A stretch of 64,000 nucleotides of DNA from Candidatus Aldehydirespirator sp. (GTDB lineage: Bacteria > Actinomycetota > Acidimicrobiia > Acidimicrobiales > Aldehydirespiratoraceae): NCBI GenBank assembly GCA_965220645.1, contig OZ244836.1, positions 660,075 through 724,074 of the forward strand, read 5' to 3'. The notes under the pieces were generated by a model, which was given only the letters and a program-made list of their open reading frames with translations, did not search any database and was not told where the DNA came from. This document shows, piece by piece, positions 29,922 through 39,561 of the stretch (its first letter is position 1; each line of letters opens with the position of its first letter). The position numbers and the translations under genes are program-made.

Positions 29922-30320
29922 TTGTCTGTTTGGGATGATCGGGTGCGGACTGAGGTAGTGGGGTGCTGGCCATGGACCGACGGGGCAGCGCGAGCATTCG
30001 ACCGAGGGCGTGCACGCCGCGGGTCGCTGCTGCCGCTGGCCGCCTACGAGATGCCCATTCTCGAGTCGCTCATCGAGTTGGGCGGGTCCGCTCCGTCGTC
30101 GGTTGTCATCGATCGCGTGGGCGCGAAGCTCGAAGCACAGTTGACCGACATCGACCGTGACAAGACGCCCGGCAGGGGCGTCATCCGCTGGAGGTATAGA
30201 ACTCAGTTCGCTCGGCGGGCGCTCGTTGAGAAGGGGCAGATGCTACGAGACTCTCCACACGGCGTCTGGGAGATCTCGCAGGCAGGCACAGACCGGGTGA
30301 AGGCAGAAGCGACGACATGA
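29922..30320 (+). CDS. Stand-alone Mrr N-terminal-like winged-helix protein
   Basis: PILESLIELGGSA...RWRYRTQFARRALVEKG...HGVWEISQAG; start uncertain. Confidence 0.7.
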   Translation: MSVWDDRVRTEVVGCWPWTDGAARAFDRGRARRGSLLPLAAYEMPILESLIELGGSAPSSVVIDRVGAKLEAQLTDIDRDKTPGRGVIRWRYRTQFARRALVEKGQMLRDSPHGVWEISQAGTDRVKAEATT

Positions 30321-30559
30321 CCTTCGACGGCGCAGGGGACGCCAGTTGGCGAAGGCTCACTTGCGGATCCCCGGCACGCCCCGATGAGACCCAGCGCTAC
30401 AACAAAGTCCTCGACCTGAGGCTTCGCATATCTGTCACGACTCTCGGGAACCGGATCGTCCGGGGTGGCCGCAGCGTATGGGGTTCCGTCGCAGCGGCGA
30501 GGCACCTTGGCTGCCGCGCCTGATCGCTGGATCCGCCTAAGGGAGCGTCGGTCATTCGT

Positions 30560-32632
30560 GTGAGGGTTCGGAGGAGAGCGGCCGCGGTCGCGCTGGTCGC
30601 GGTGACCGTCGCTGCGGCAACGGGATGGGTTCCCAGTGCGGCCGCGCAGCAGGGGGGCTTTGTTGATGTGACGGGCGGGGTGCACAAACCGGGCATCGAC
30701 GCGCTCGACGCCCGGGGGATGATCGCGGGCACCGAATGCGCCGAGGCGATGTTCTGTCCGGGTTTGGCGATCAAGCGTTCGACGGCGGCGGTGTGGCTGG
30801 TGCGAGCCCTCGACGACGCAGAGCCGCCTGCGGTCAGCGACTCGAGGTTCGCTGACGTAGGTGCCGATGAGTGGTGGATGCCCTACGTCGAACGGCTCGC
30901 AGAACTGGAGATCACCGTGGGCTGTAGGGCCGAGCCGCTGACCTTCTGCCCCAACCAGCCGGTGACACGCGCTCAAATGGCGACGTTCCTCGTTCGGGCC
31001 TTCGACCTACAGACCGCTCCCTCGGCGGGGTTCGCTGACACGAAGGGAAGCACTCATGAGGCCAGCATCGACGCTCTGGCCGCGGCCGGCGTCACCGCTG
31101 GCTGCAAGGTTGAGCCGCTGACCTTCTGCCCCAATCAGCCGGTGACACGCGCTCAGATGGCGACGATGTTGGCGCGTGCGATGGGCGACGTTCCCTTGCC
31201 GCCGGAATTCAGTTGGTCGCTGCCGTCGCACTGCTCCTCATCGCCGCCGGAGGACCCGCATACCGATCCGGGGGGTGGTTGTCCTGTGTGGTGGAGCCAC
31301 CTGCTGGACCTGGAGCCCTCACAGGAGGGAATCACCGCCGACGACATGAGGCGCAGTCTCGCCGCGGCGCTGCCGAACTATGTCTCAGGAGCCGCTGACA
31401 GTCTGGGCCGGCTGCCTGGGCGGGCGCGAGAGGTCATTGCGAACACGGTCACCGAACTTGCCGCCGCGGATCCTCTGACAGCGGAGCGGATTGAGACGAT
31501 CGCTGCTCACCTAGACGGCTGCACCGGATACTCGCATGCGGCGGCGTGCGCGTTGCGCAACGGAATCAATTTCGTGACTGCACAGGGGTCCGGGTGGTGG
31601 CTCCAAGATGTCCGCACCGTCTCCCACGAGTGGGCTCATCTGCGTGACTTTCGGGTTGCGCCGGGAGGCGGCTATGCCGCGCAGTGGTGCGAGCGGATGG
31701 CGCAACGCGCCAGCGTCGCAGAATCGACGGGGCGGCTCGTCACTCACATGGCGCTGTTGGAGGCTGCCAGCGCGGCCCATGACGCTCCGCTTGTGTCGGG
31801 TCCGGGCTGTGCTGGGGCACTCATAGCCCGCTTCGCGCCCGAGATTGGGAGCCACGACCAACCGGGCCAGATCTTGGAGTTGTCCGCGAATGCGCAGGCC
31901 CAAGTTTGGATGAGGCGCGGCTACGCGTCGGCAGAGGCCCGCTGGTGGGCAGCCGAGACCGCGGCCGGATACCCCACAGAGACCCAACCGCTGGCCCGTC
32001 CGCTGGAACGCGGTCCGCTTATGGAGCCTCCCGAACCGGGCGGATGCGACGACTTCAATGACCGAGACCCCGAGCTCTGCGTGCCAGACGACTGCCACGA
32101 CGGAATGCATGAACACCCCTACCGTCCAAACACGCGGCACTACCACCGCGGCGGGCTGGAACCCCACACCCATCACCGCTGGCACATACTCGTTGACGGT
32201 ATAGCCGTCCCCACCGACGCCGCCCGACCCGCAGGAACCTACTGCGAATACCCCGACGGCCGACGCGTGATCGGCCATTACAGCGGAGGGGAACGACTCG
32301 GTGACGCTGTGAGCGTCGGCTACGTGATGTTCTCACCCGACGGGCTCTGGCGCATGGGCGGCTACTCGATCTGCATCGACATCACCGACCCCAACCACCC
32401 CAGACACGATCCCGACGCCACGAACGCAGATTCTGTGGCAGCACGCCAGGTGTGCGACGGCACCTCCGACCATCTATGGAAGCCATGCGATGCTAGCGGC
32501 CGGTGCCCCACGGAGAGCGACTTCAACGACGGCGAATACGACGGCGGCTGGGTGACCTGCGGCGAGGCCGGTTGGATGGGCTACTACTGGGAGATCTGCC
32601 GACGAACCACCGGCCAGCCACGGGCCAGCTGA
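30560..32632 (+). CDS. Secreted SLH-domain protein with HExxH motif
   Basis: Signal peptide; three SLH-like repeats (FCPNQPVTRAQMATFL); SHEWAH; Cys/His-rich C-terminus. Confidence 0.8.
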   Translation: MRVRRRAAAVALVAVTVAAATGWVPSAAAQQGGFVDVTGGVHKPGIDALDARGMIAGTECAEAMFCPGLAIKRSTAAVWLVRALDDAEPPAVSDSRFADVGADEWWMPYVERLAELEITVGCRAEPLTFCPNQPVTRAQMATFLVRAFDLQTAPSAGFADTKGSTHEASIDALAAAGVTAGCKVEPLTFCPNQPVTRAQMATMLARAMGDVPLPPEFSWSLPSHCSSSPPEDPHTDPGGGCPVWWSHLLDLEPSQEGITADDMRRSLAAALPNYVSGAADSLGRLPGRAREVIANTVTELAAADPLTAERIETIAAHLDGCTGYSHAAACALRNGINFVTAQGSGWWLQDVRTVSHEWAHLRDFRVAPGGGYAAQWCERMAQRASVAESTGRLVTHMALLEAASAAHDAPLVSGPGCAGALIARFAPEIGSHDQPGQILELSANAQAQVWMRRGYASAEARWWAAETAAGYPTETQPLARPLERGPLMEPPEPGGCDDFNDRDPELCVPDDCHDGMHEHPYRPNTRHYHRGGLEPHTHHRWHILVDGIAVPTDAARPAGTYCEYPDGRRVIGHYSGGERLGDAVSVGYVMFSPDGLWRMGGYSICIDITDPNHPRHDPDATNADSVAARQVCDGTSDHLWKPCDASGRCPTESDFNDGEYDGGWVTCGEAGWMGYYWEICRRTTGQPRAS

Positions 32633-32809
32633 CTAGTCCTTGACTTGTTTCTGGAGCCGCGGAGGGTCGGGGGTGACTGCGATTACTTGGACTCCTCAGC
32701 GACGATCGGCCACCACCGCCCACGGAACACTGAACACTCGGTCCCGTTCAAGAACCTCCTTGACCACGAAGCACCTGCCGATACGGGCTCCTGAATCCGG
32801 CCGAGCACG

Positions 32810-33015
32810 CTTCACCCCCTTGCCGACGGTGGCTTGCGTGAGGCAGAAGCTGTCGCCGGCGGTCATGACGATGTGGGCGTGGTGCAGCAGCCTGTCGACG
32901 GTCGCGTTGGCGATGGTCTTGGGCATGAGTTCGTCGAACCCGGCCGGGTGAAGGTTGCTCGACAGGGCGATGCCGAGCGCTTCTTGCAAGCGGCGTCGAC
33001 GACACGGTAGAGCGG
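32810..33015 (-). pseudogene. istB: IS21 IstB helper ATPase fragment
   Basis: LYRVVDAA / SNLHPAGFDELMPKTIANATVDRLLHHAH..GDSF, frameshifted. Confidence 0.8.
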
Positions 33016-33597
33016 CCTAGGCGGTCTCGGTGGCGACGACCTGTAGCGGCCACTACGACCAACGGGCACGACCGGGCCGGTTCACGGGTTCTGGACCCGT
33101 CGAGCCCTAGAGGGCGCCTGCGTGTTCGGGAGCGTCGACGCTTTCGGGCGCTGTGGAGGCTGCGAGGGCGGCGCATGACGTTTCTGGAGGGTGCGTTCGC
33201 GACGTTGGTGACGGCGCGTGCGGAGTTGTCGAGTCGGGGGTCGCGATGCTGTCGGAGTGACGATTCCGGACTGCTCTTGGCGGGCTGCGTTCGTGAGCGT
33301 TCGCTTTGACCGTTCGGGGTGGTTTGGCCGCCACACGTTTGCACTAGAGTGCCCGCCCACTTCAACAGGGGCGCGCGGCCGGCCAAGACGAACGCGTCGC
33401 CCGCCGTTTCTTGAGCTGTGTGCGGCACGCGAACGCACGCGAACGCTGTTGCGATGACAGTGCATGTCGGTCCATTCCGCTCGTGAATTTGATCCGTCTC
33501 GGCGCTCGCCGGATCGTGGTGGTGTCGTGACGGAACGCAACCGCGAACGCTGTTGCGACGACGGTGTATGCCGCTGCCTTTCGCTGCTGGCTTGTGC

Positions 33598-34077
33598 TCA
33601 GCCCTCGAAGAGGTCGTTGAGCTGATCGTAGGCTTGGCACCGCCAGCACAGCAGTTGTTGCGTGTCGCCCTCCATTCGCGAAATTGGCACCTTGGCGGCC
33701 GCGCCGCAGCGGTTGCAGGGCTCATCGAATAGAGCGAAGACCACTCCGTCGTCGATGGCTTGTCTTTGCAGCTGCCGCTCGATCACCGTCGCGGCCAGAA
33801 GCCGGTGCTCCTCGCGGTGGCAGCGCTCGCACAGGGAGATGAGGCCGTCTTGCCCGTCGGGATCGTCCGGAAAGACGGGGCCGCCTTCGGCAACGGGGTA
33901 GAGGTGATGCACCACGAGCACGACGCGGGTGCTGTCGCCGGGCATCGAGGCGCGCACGCCGCATCGTCGGCAGCGTCCTCCGTCCCTGCGCATGATGTGG
34001 CCTCTGAGCCTTCCCCAGCGACGGGAGTCCTCAGGAGCTAGGTCGTCTCTCCAGCCTATGACGCCGCCCTCCGGCAT
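33598..34077 (-). CDS. HNH endonuclease with an extra C-terminal CxxC pair
   Basis: RRDGGRCRRCG, VVHHLYP..EGG, LISLCERCHREEH. Confidence 0.8.
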   Translation of the reverse strand: MPEGGVIGWRDDLAPEDSRRWGRLRGHIMRRDGGRCRRCGVRASMPGDSTRVVLVVHHLYPVAEGGPVFPDDPDGQDGLISLCERCHREEHRLLAATVIERQLQRQAIDDGVVFALFDEPCNRCGAAAKVPISRMEGDTQQLLCWRCQAYDQLNDLFEG

Positions 34078-35333
34078 TTGTCATCGCCGGGTTGCGGCGA
34101 CAGGACAGTGGCGCGGCACGCAAGAGATTCGCTACCGGTCTCGGGGTGCAGCGACTCCTCCGGGGTCATCTGTCTGACGTCCGGCGGGGACTCATTGCTG
34201 CACGGTACAGCCGGCGAGGAACCACGACGCGGCGCGATCAATCCTGAACGGTGAGCGGAGCAATGACGGGACGATCTCCTTCAGTAGAAGATCTGGGTCG
34301 GCGTGACCGCGTGGCCTGCAGCGGCCGGCTCTCGTTGGCAGTCCGGGACGGCACACCCGTTGGACGGGCCGCCCAGTGGGGAGCCACTACCGGTTGAGGT
34401 TGGCCTCGGCGGTTGCTTGCTCGGCTCCCGGACCTGTGTCGCTGTCGTCGAACGCGACACCGTCCAGAACTTCAGCCAGACGCTTGATCGCTGCATCGTC
34501 CCCGGCATCGATGGCATCTACCAGACGGGCTGCTGTGATCCGCTGAGCAGCGGTTACGGATCCGAAGGTCAGCGGGTCGGCGTTGGCGACCTGAATGGCC
34601 GTCTGTCGCAACTGGTCGTGGGCCACGGGCGTCAACATAACACAGGGCTGGAGAGGTGCTCCGTCAGCGGCGTTGGCGAACTCCCCGAATGGGGCGTGCT
34701 CGCTACCCGCGGAGGCATTGCCTCACGTGAGCCGATCCCAGCCAGCGACGGTCGTCACCGACGGCCGCCGAATGTGATGCCGGGTGCTCGCCCGGCAGTA
34801 GGTGCCGGCGCTCGGCCAGCCGCAGCCGTCTCGGCGAACGCAGAGTGTTTGAACTGTGGCGGGCTTCATGACCCACTGCCTGATGAGCTCGCCACCTACG
34901 GCCCTCCGCGCGTATGGTGCGAAACTGTCACAGACCACAAACGGAAGGGCCGCTACGGCGAAGCGCTCACAATCCCTGAGGGATGCATGGCGGTCGAGGA
35001 AGTTCACCGGAGAGGCGTAGCCCCCTGGTACTACGAACGAGCCGCCATCATTCACCGCAAACGCGGCGACCGAAACGCGAGGTGGCCGTCCTTCGCCGCT
35101 TCGCCACAGGAGCACGCGGCGGGTGTAATGCCACCTACGTTGCTTGCGCGACTAGTCAAACTCGAGGCTGGCGCGTAGCCGTGTGGGCTTGGGCCCAGTC
35201 AAGCGTTCTGAGATCGGGCATCTCGGGTTCGGGGATTCACCTAAACGCATTGAAACAGACAACAACTAGCCTGCGATACTGCATTTGAACGGCGGCGGCT
35301 GCCAAGGGTGGGAGCGGGAGAAGGCCGATCGCG

Positions 35334-35801
35334 TCAACTGTACGCTGACAGCTCGTTGTCGAACGTCCATACTTTGACGCCAGTGTGGGCCACGTTCTGC
35401 TTGAATTGATCTCGTTCGACGAGTATTGCCACATCCCCGGTGCCCAGCCGCCCGTCTCCGAGAAGAGTGACGAGATTCGATCCGGTCGAGTTGCCGGCCA
35501 GCAGCTCTTCCGTGAATCCCTGGTTCAACGTAGCCTGGTGGAGAATCCACGGGGGATTGGGCCGGTGCGCCTCCTCGATGACTTGCCGCAACCGCTCGGC
35601 GAACCGCCGTCGATCGGACGACAGCTGAGCGACATGATTGCCGACCTCGATGAGCGCTGTCACCGGAAGCACGAACCGTTGGCCTGCCTCTCGCCGCCTG
35701 TCGAACTCGGCAGCTACTTCGTTAGCCAGTTGCTCGCCATCGATGCCAATGAGGCGGACGATGACCGACGTGTCGACGAAGACCACGGCCGGAAGGTTCA
35801 T
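35334..35801 (-). CDS. PIN-domain protein
   Basis: VFVDTSV, LIEVGN, GTGDVAI, VWTFDNEL. Confidence 0.8.
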   Translation of the reverse strand: MNLPAVVFVDTSVIVRLIGIDGEQLANEVAAEFDRRREAGQRFVLPVTALIEVGNHVAQLSSDRRRFAERLRQVIEEAHRPNPPWILHQATLNQGFTEELLAGNSTGSNLVTLLGDGRLGTGDVAILVERDQFKQNVAHTGVKVWTFDNELSAYS

Positions 35802-35804
35802 CAG

Positions 35805-37115
35805 CTATTGGAGTCCCAGCACATCCACCAGCGACCGAGGGGCCTCGGACGGGGCATCGCTCGGGCGCAGGCGGTCGCGCGCGGCCACCGTTCCGAGAGG
35901 ACCTCGTCCAACTACCTCGAAGTAGTCGGGGAAGTCTGTGAGCCTCGTGGCCTTGCTCCAACCGTCGGGACCGCGGCTGCACACCATGACGCTGTTGTGG
36001 TCCTTGCCCTCGAGCGCGTCAAGGATCGCGGGGCTGTGTGTGGTGGCCAACGTGCTAACGCCGGTGCCCGCCGACGCCTTGAGCCGATTCAGCAGCAACG
36101 CTGCCTGAGACGGGTGCAGTCCGTTCTCGATCTCCTCCACGACAAGCAGCCGCCCACCGGTGACCGAGTCATCCTCGCCGCTGGCGGATTGCGAACGGTC
36201 GAGGAGCGCCGCCGCTATGGCGAGGAACCTCAGCGTGCCGTCGCTCATCAGGCGCGCCGGCATCGGCTTCGCCGTTGAACCGATCCGCTCCTGGATCGCC
36301 ACCATCACGTCTCCGAGGTCGCTGTTCACGGTGTCAATCTCCGATACCTGAGCTTCTGAGAGCGACCGGGTCATCTCGAGCAGGATGCCTCGCGTCGCTT
36401 CATCCTTCAGAAGGCTCGCCAGCACTGCTGACAGGTTCTCAGCGTTCCGGCGGAGCCGAATATCCTTCTCAGGAACGTACTCACGCATCTGGTGCGGCAC
36501 GGGGTCGAGGATGAACACGTTCGACAGTGCGGCAAGCACTGCCTCGGCGACCCGCCGAACATCACGACCGGCCTGGGAGGTCGCAGGCACACGAGTAGCT
36601 ACCTGCGCCGTGAGCAGTTGCGACGCACGGAAGGTCACCGCAGGGTTCGGCCCCTGCTTTCTATTGTCCCAGCGCGCAACAATGTCACCGGAATCGGGGC
36701 GCAGCGGGTCTGTTCTCAATAGCTCCAGCGGTTCTCCGTAGCGAGAGCCGCTCAGGCGTCGTGTCCACAGCCGTTCCTTGATCACCTGCACGCTCGGTCG
36801 CACCGAGACTCTTACGTCGAGGTAGTAGCGCCTGCCGTCGACAACGACAGAACAGCCGACCGCGAACCAGTCCTTGCCTAATGGCGCGCATCCCTCGGAG
36901 CCACCCCGCACTAAGGGTCCCGAGCGGCCGCCATCGAGCGCGTCCCGGATAGTCCCGCCGGCCGCGAGCGCGGATAGAGCGGCCAGAGCGTCGAGCACGT
37001 TCGACTTCCCGCTGCCGTTGCGGCCGACGAGAAGAGTCAGAGGCCGCAGTGGAATGCTCACCTTTCGCAGGCTCTTGAACGCCGGGAGCCGGAGCTCTAT
37101 CAAGGTGGCAGCCAT
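35805..37115 (-). CDS. AAA_21/ABC-like ATPase
   Basis: GRNGSGKSN Walker A, MSDGTLRF signature, VVEEIENGLHP Walker B/D-loop, TTHSP. Confidence 0.9.
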   Translation of the reverse strand: MAATLIELRLPAFKSLRKVSIPLRPLTLLVGRNGSGKSNVLDALAALSALAAGGTIRDALDGGRSGPLVRGGSEGCAPLGKDWFAVGCSVVVDGRRYYLDVRVSVRPSVQVIKERLWTRRLSGSRYGEPLELLRTDPLRPDSGDIVARWDNRKQGPNPAVTFRASQLLTAQVATRVPATSQAGRDVRRVAEAVLAALSNVFILDPVPHQMREYVPEKDIRLRRNAENLSAVLASLLKDEATRGILLEMTRSLSEAQVSEIDTVNSDLGDVMVAIQERIGSTAKPMPARLMSDGTLRFLAIAAALLDRSQSASGEDDSVTGGRLLVVEEIENGLHPSQAALLLNRLKASAGTGVSTLATTHSPAILDALEGKDHNSVMVCSRGPDGWSKATRLTDFPDYFEVVGRGPLGTVAARDRLRPSDAPSEAPRSLVDVLGLQ

Positions 37116-37530
37116 GCCGTGGAGGGTATCCGCGAGTGGTGCCGCCCCGCCGACAGGGGTGGAGTCCTCCACACAGAGCAAACGCATCGGCATGCCTCAA
37201 GAACCGATTCGCAATATAGGGGGGATCTCGCGGCCCCAGCGAAGCGAATACTGGTAAGCGCCAATCGCGACTCTCGCCTAGCGCCAACAGTGGGGCACCA
37301 GAGTGTGGAATTGCTCAGCGACAGCGGGCTTCGCGCGCCGCTATCCGTTACGTAACCCAGAAGCTGTGCCGGATGCAGGGCTCCCGAGACAACAGCAGTA
37401 TGAACCGACCTTGATGTTCGTCCCACCGGGCAGCTCACCGGAGGTGCCTTTAGCGCGATGGGGAGGAGGAATTCAGTGTAAGCTTCCTGAACAAAAGTAA
37501 CACTGATTCTCACATCTGACTCACAGGCTC

Positions 37531-39147
37531 TCAATATATAGCCAGGTCACAGGGCATTTTAGCTCTTGCTGACGTGTCGGAGGGGGACACGTCCGCGAAA
37601 CAGGCCTTGTCGGCGTCTACTATCGCTTGAAGGTCACGGTCGAGTCGGTGGAGTTCGTCGACCTCGATCATTCCCAGATTCAGCGGCACGAGCAGCATCT
37701 CGAGCCATGCGATGCGGTCGGGATCGGGCACCGGTGGCAGCTGCCGCATCGGGAGCAAGCGCCGCTTCGGTGATCGCTGGCGCCGCGGGGGCTCGCTGTT
37801 GGCGAGGACCCAGTAGCCCTCGTTGATGACGGGAACTCGAAGGATGTCGCCGCCGCCTGCGCCCCGGATCTGCGTCTTCAGTTCGATGGTCTCGCCTCGC
37901 CACTTGAACTTGTACCGCTCACGGTCGGCCACGCTCCTTCTCCTGGTCTCGTAGAGACGGCGGACGTCGACGGTTGTCTCGGTGGCTGAGCGGCTGGGGC
38001 GGGCCAGTCTCTGTGATGGTTCTGCCAGCCACTCGCTGACCCAGTCAGGCGGCGTGCACCGCCTCCGCAGCAACGCCCGGGCCTGCTGGAGCCGGGTTCG
38101 GGGCGCCACACCTGTGAACAAGCCCTCGGCGTGTCGCCGCAGCCGCTCAACCCGCCACGACATCGGGCTGTACTTGGCTGCACCGACTTCGGTTGTGGCG
38201 TAGAAGCTGCGGAGACTTCGAGCGATCTGCGCGCCGTTGTAGACGATGTGGGAGACAGGGGCCAGCTCGGCCGGATCCCACGGGTCGTCGTCGACGTAGA
38301 CCTCCCCAACAGACACCGGCCCCACAAAGAACACGGGCCTTCGCTCCCCGACGGCTCCGCGGGCCTCGCGGCGCGCATCATAGGGCGGTGGGCGCTCCAC
38401 GACGACGGCCCCAGAGGCCATTTTCATCTTGAGGCCACTGCTCGGGCGGAACGTGAACTGGTCCGCCGTGTCCGAGGGCCAGCTCGCACACACCACCGCA
38501 CCCCCCGAAGCGATTATGTCCTCGCACAACTGCCGCTGTCCCCTGTAGCCGTAGCGGACGGGGCCCAGCGAGCACAACAACGCCGCAACCGCGCGTCCCC
38601 CGGCATCCAACGCGGCCTGAAGCACGGCTCGGTCGATCTCTGAGAGAACGTCACCGATCACGGTGACACCCCTACGGGCCAGGCCCCGCCCGATGATCCG
38701 GGCCCGCCTCAGGTTCTCCGCGGACGGTGAACGCCGGCACGACGCGACATAGACGCTGTGAGCGTCGCGATCAGCGTCGAGTGTCCCGTCATAGGACAGG
38801 AACGGGTAGGTGCGCGACGCTCGGCGCAGGTTGAGCGGGAACTGCTCGTCGAACACGGTCACGAACCGCGAACCCGCCTCCTTAGCAAGCTCGAGTTCCT
38901 TCTCCGCCGCAGCCCGCGCGCCGCTCCAGCCCATCGGTGGCGCGTCGAGCGGACCCGGCTGCGACCTCACCGCGCCCGGAGAATCCCACAGGCCGTCCTC
39001 CAGCAGCTGGACCATCGAACCCGCAGTCAAAGCGGTCCTGGCCACGAGCCCCCAATCGTGTTGATGGACCCGCTTCAACAGCGCGAGAAACTGCCGCTGC
39101 TCGCCAGTCAAACCAGCCTCTACCAGATCACTGAGAGTCGGACGCAT
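37531..39147 (-). CDS. Divergent DprA/SMF-like protein with long C-terminal extension
   Basis: TVFDEQFPLNLR, ARRGVTVIG...IDRAVLQAALDAGGRAVAAL, IIASGGAVV; start uncertain. Confidence 0.7.
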   Translation of the reverse strand: MRPTLSDLVEAGLTGEQRQFLALLKRVHQHDWGLVARTALTAGSMVQLLEDGLWDSPGAVRSQPGPLDAPPMGWSGARAAAEKELELAKEAGSRFVTVFDEQFPLNLRRASRTYPFLSYDGTLDADRDAHSVYVASCRRSPSAENLRRARIIGRGLARRGVTVIGDVLSEIDRAVLQAALDAGGRAVAALLCSLGPVRYGYRGQRQLCEDIIASGGAVVCASWPSDTADQFTFRPSSGLKMKMASGAVVVERPPPYDARREARGAVGERRPVFFVGPVSVGEVYVDDDPWDPAELAPVSHIVYNGAQIARSLRSFYATTEVGAAKYSPMSWRVERLRRHAEGLFTGVAPRTRLQQARALLRRRCTPPDWVSEWLAEPSQRLARPSRSATETTVDVRRLYETRRRSVADRERYKFKWRGETIELKTQIRGAGGGDILRVPVINEGYWVLANSEPPRRQRSPKRRLLPMRQLPPVPDPDRIAWLEMLLVPLNLGMIEVDELHRLDRDLQAIVDADKACFADVSPSDTSARAKMPCDLAIY

Positions 39148-39561
39148 CAGATCGGGTCTTCGCTCATGTCGATGGTCTGGATCCAGTCGGGGACACCCTT
39201 CAACTGGTGGTTGTCGGTCAGGGAAACCACACTCGGGCCGCGGGCGGGAGTTACTGTCGGTGTCGACGGCAAACCGGCGGTGTCCGCCGGCGTAGTCGCC
39301 TTCTGAAGCCGGAAGCACATGCATGAGCCTCACGCTTCAAGGGAATGATGCACTCGTGATAGCCCGACATGACCGTGACATTGCTAACGGCAAGCGCGAT
39401 GCCTCTATCGGCAGGGCAGGCCGCATACGGGTGTTCAACCGACACCCGTCAGGCGTCCGTCCTGGAGAGATGATTTGCAAATCATCTCTCACAAATCCGC
39501 TAAATGGCGCATTTGGAACAGATCATTTGCGAATCATCTCTGCGGGGCTACCCTTGCCGTC

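Noticed and set aside
34303-35178. 291-aa ORF as a real gene
   Set aside because: Only the last part (GVAPWYYERAAIIHRK) looks protein-like; probably a degraded fragment
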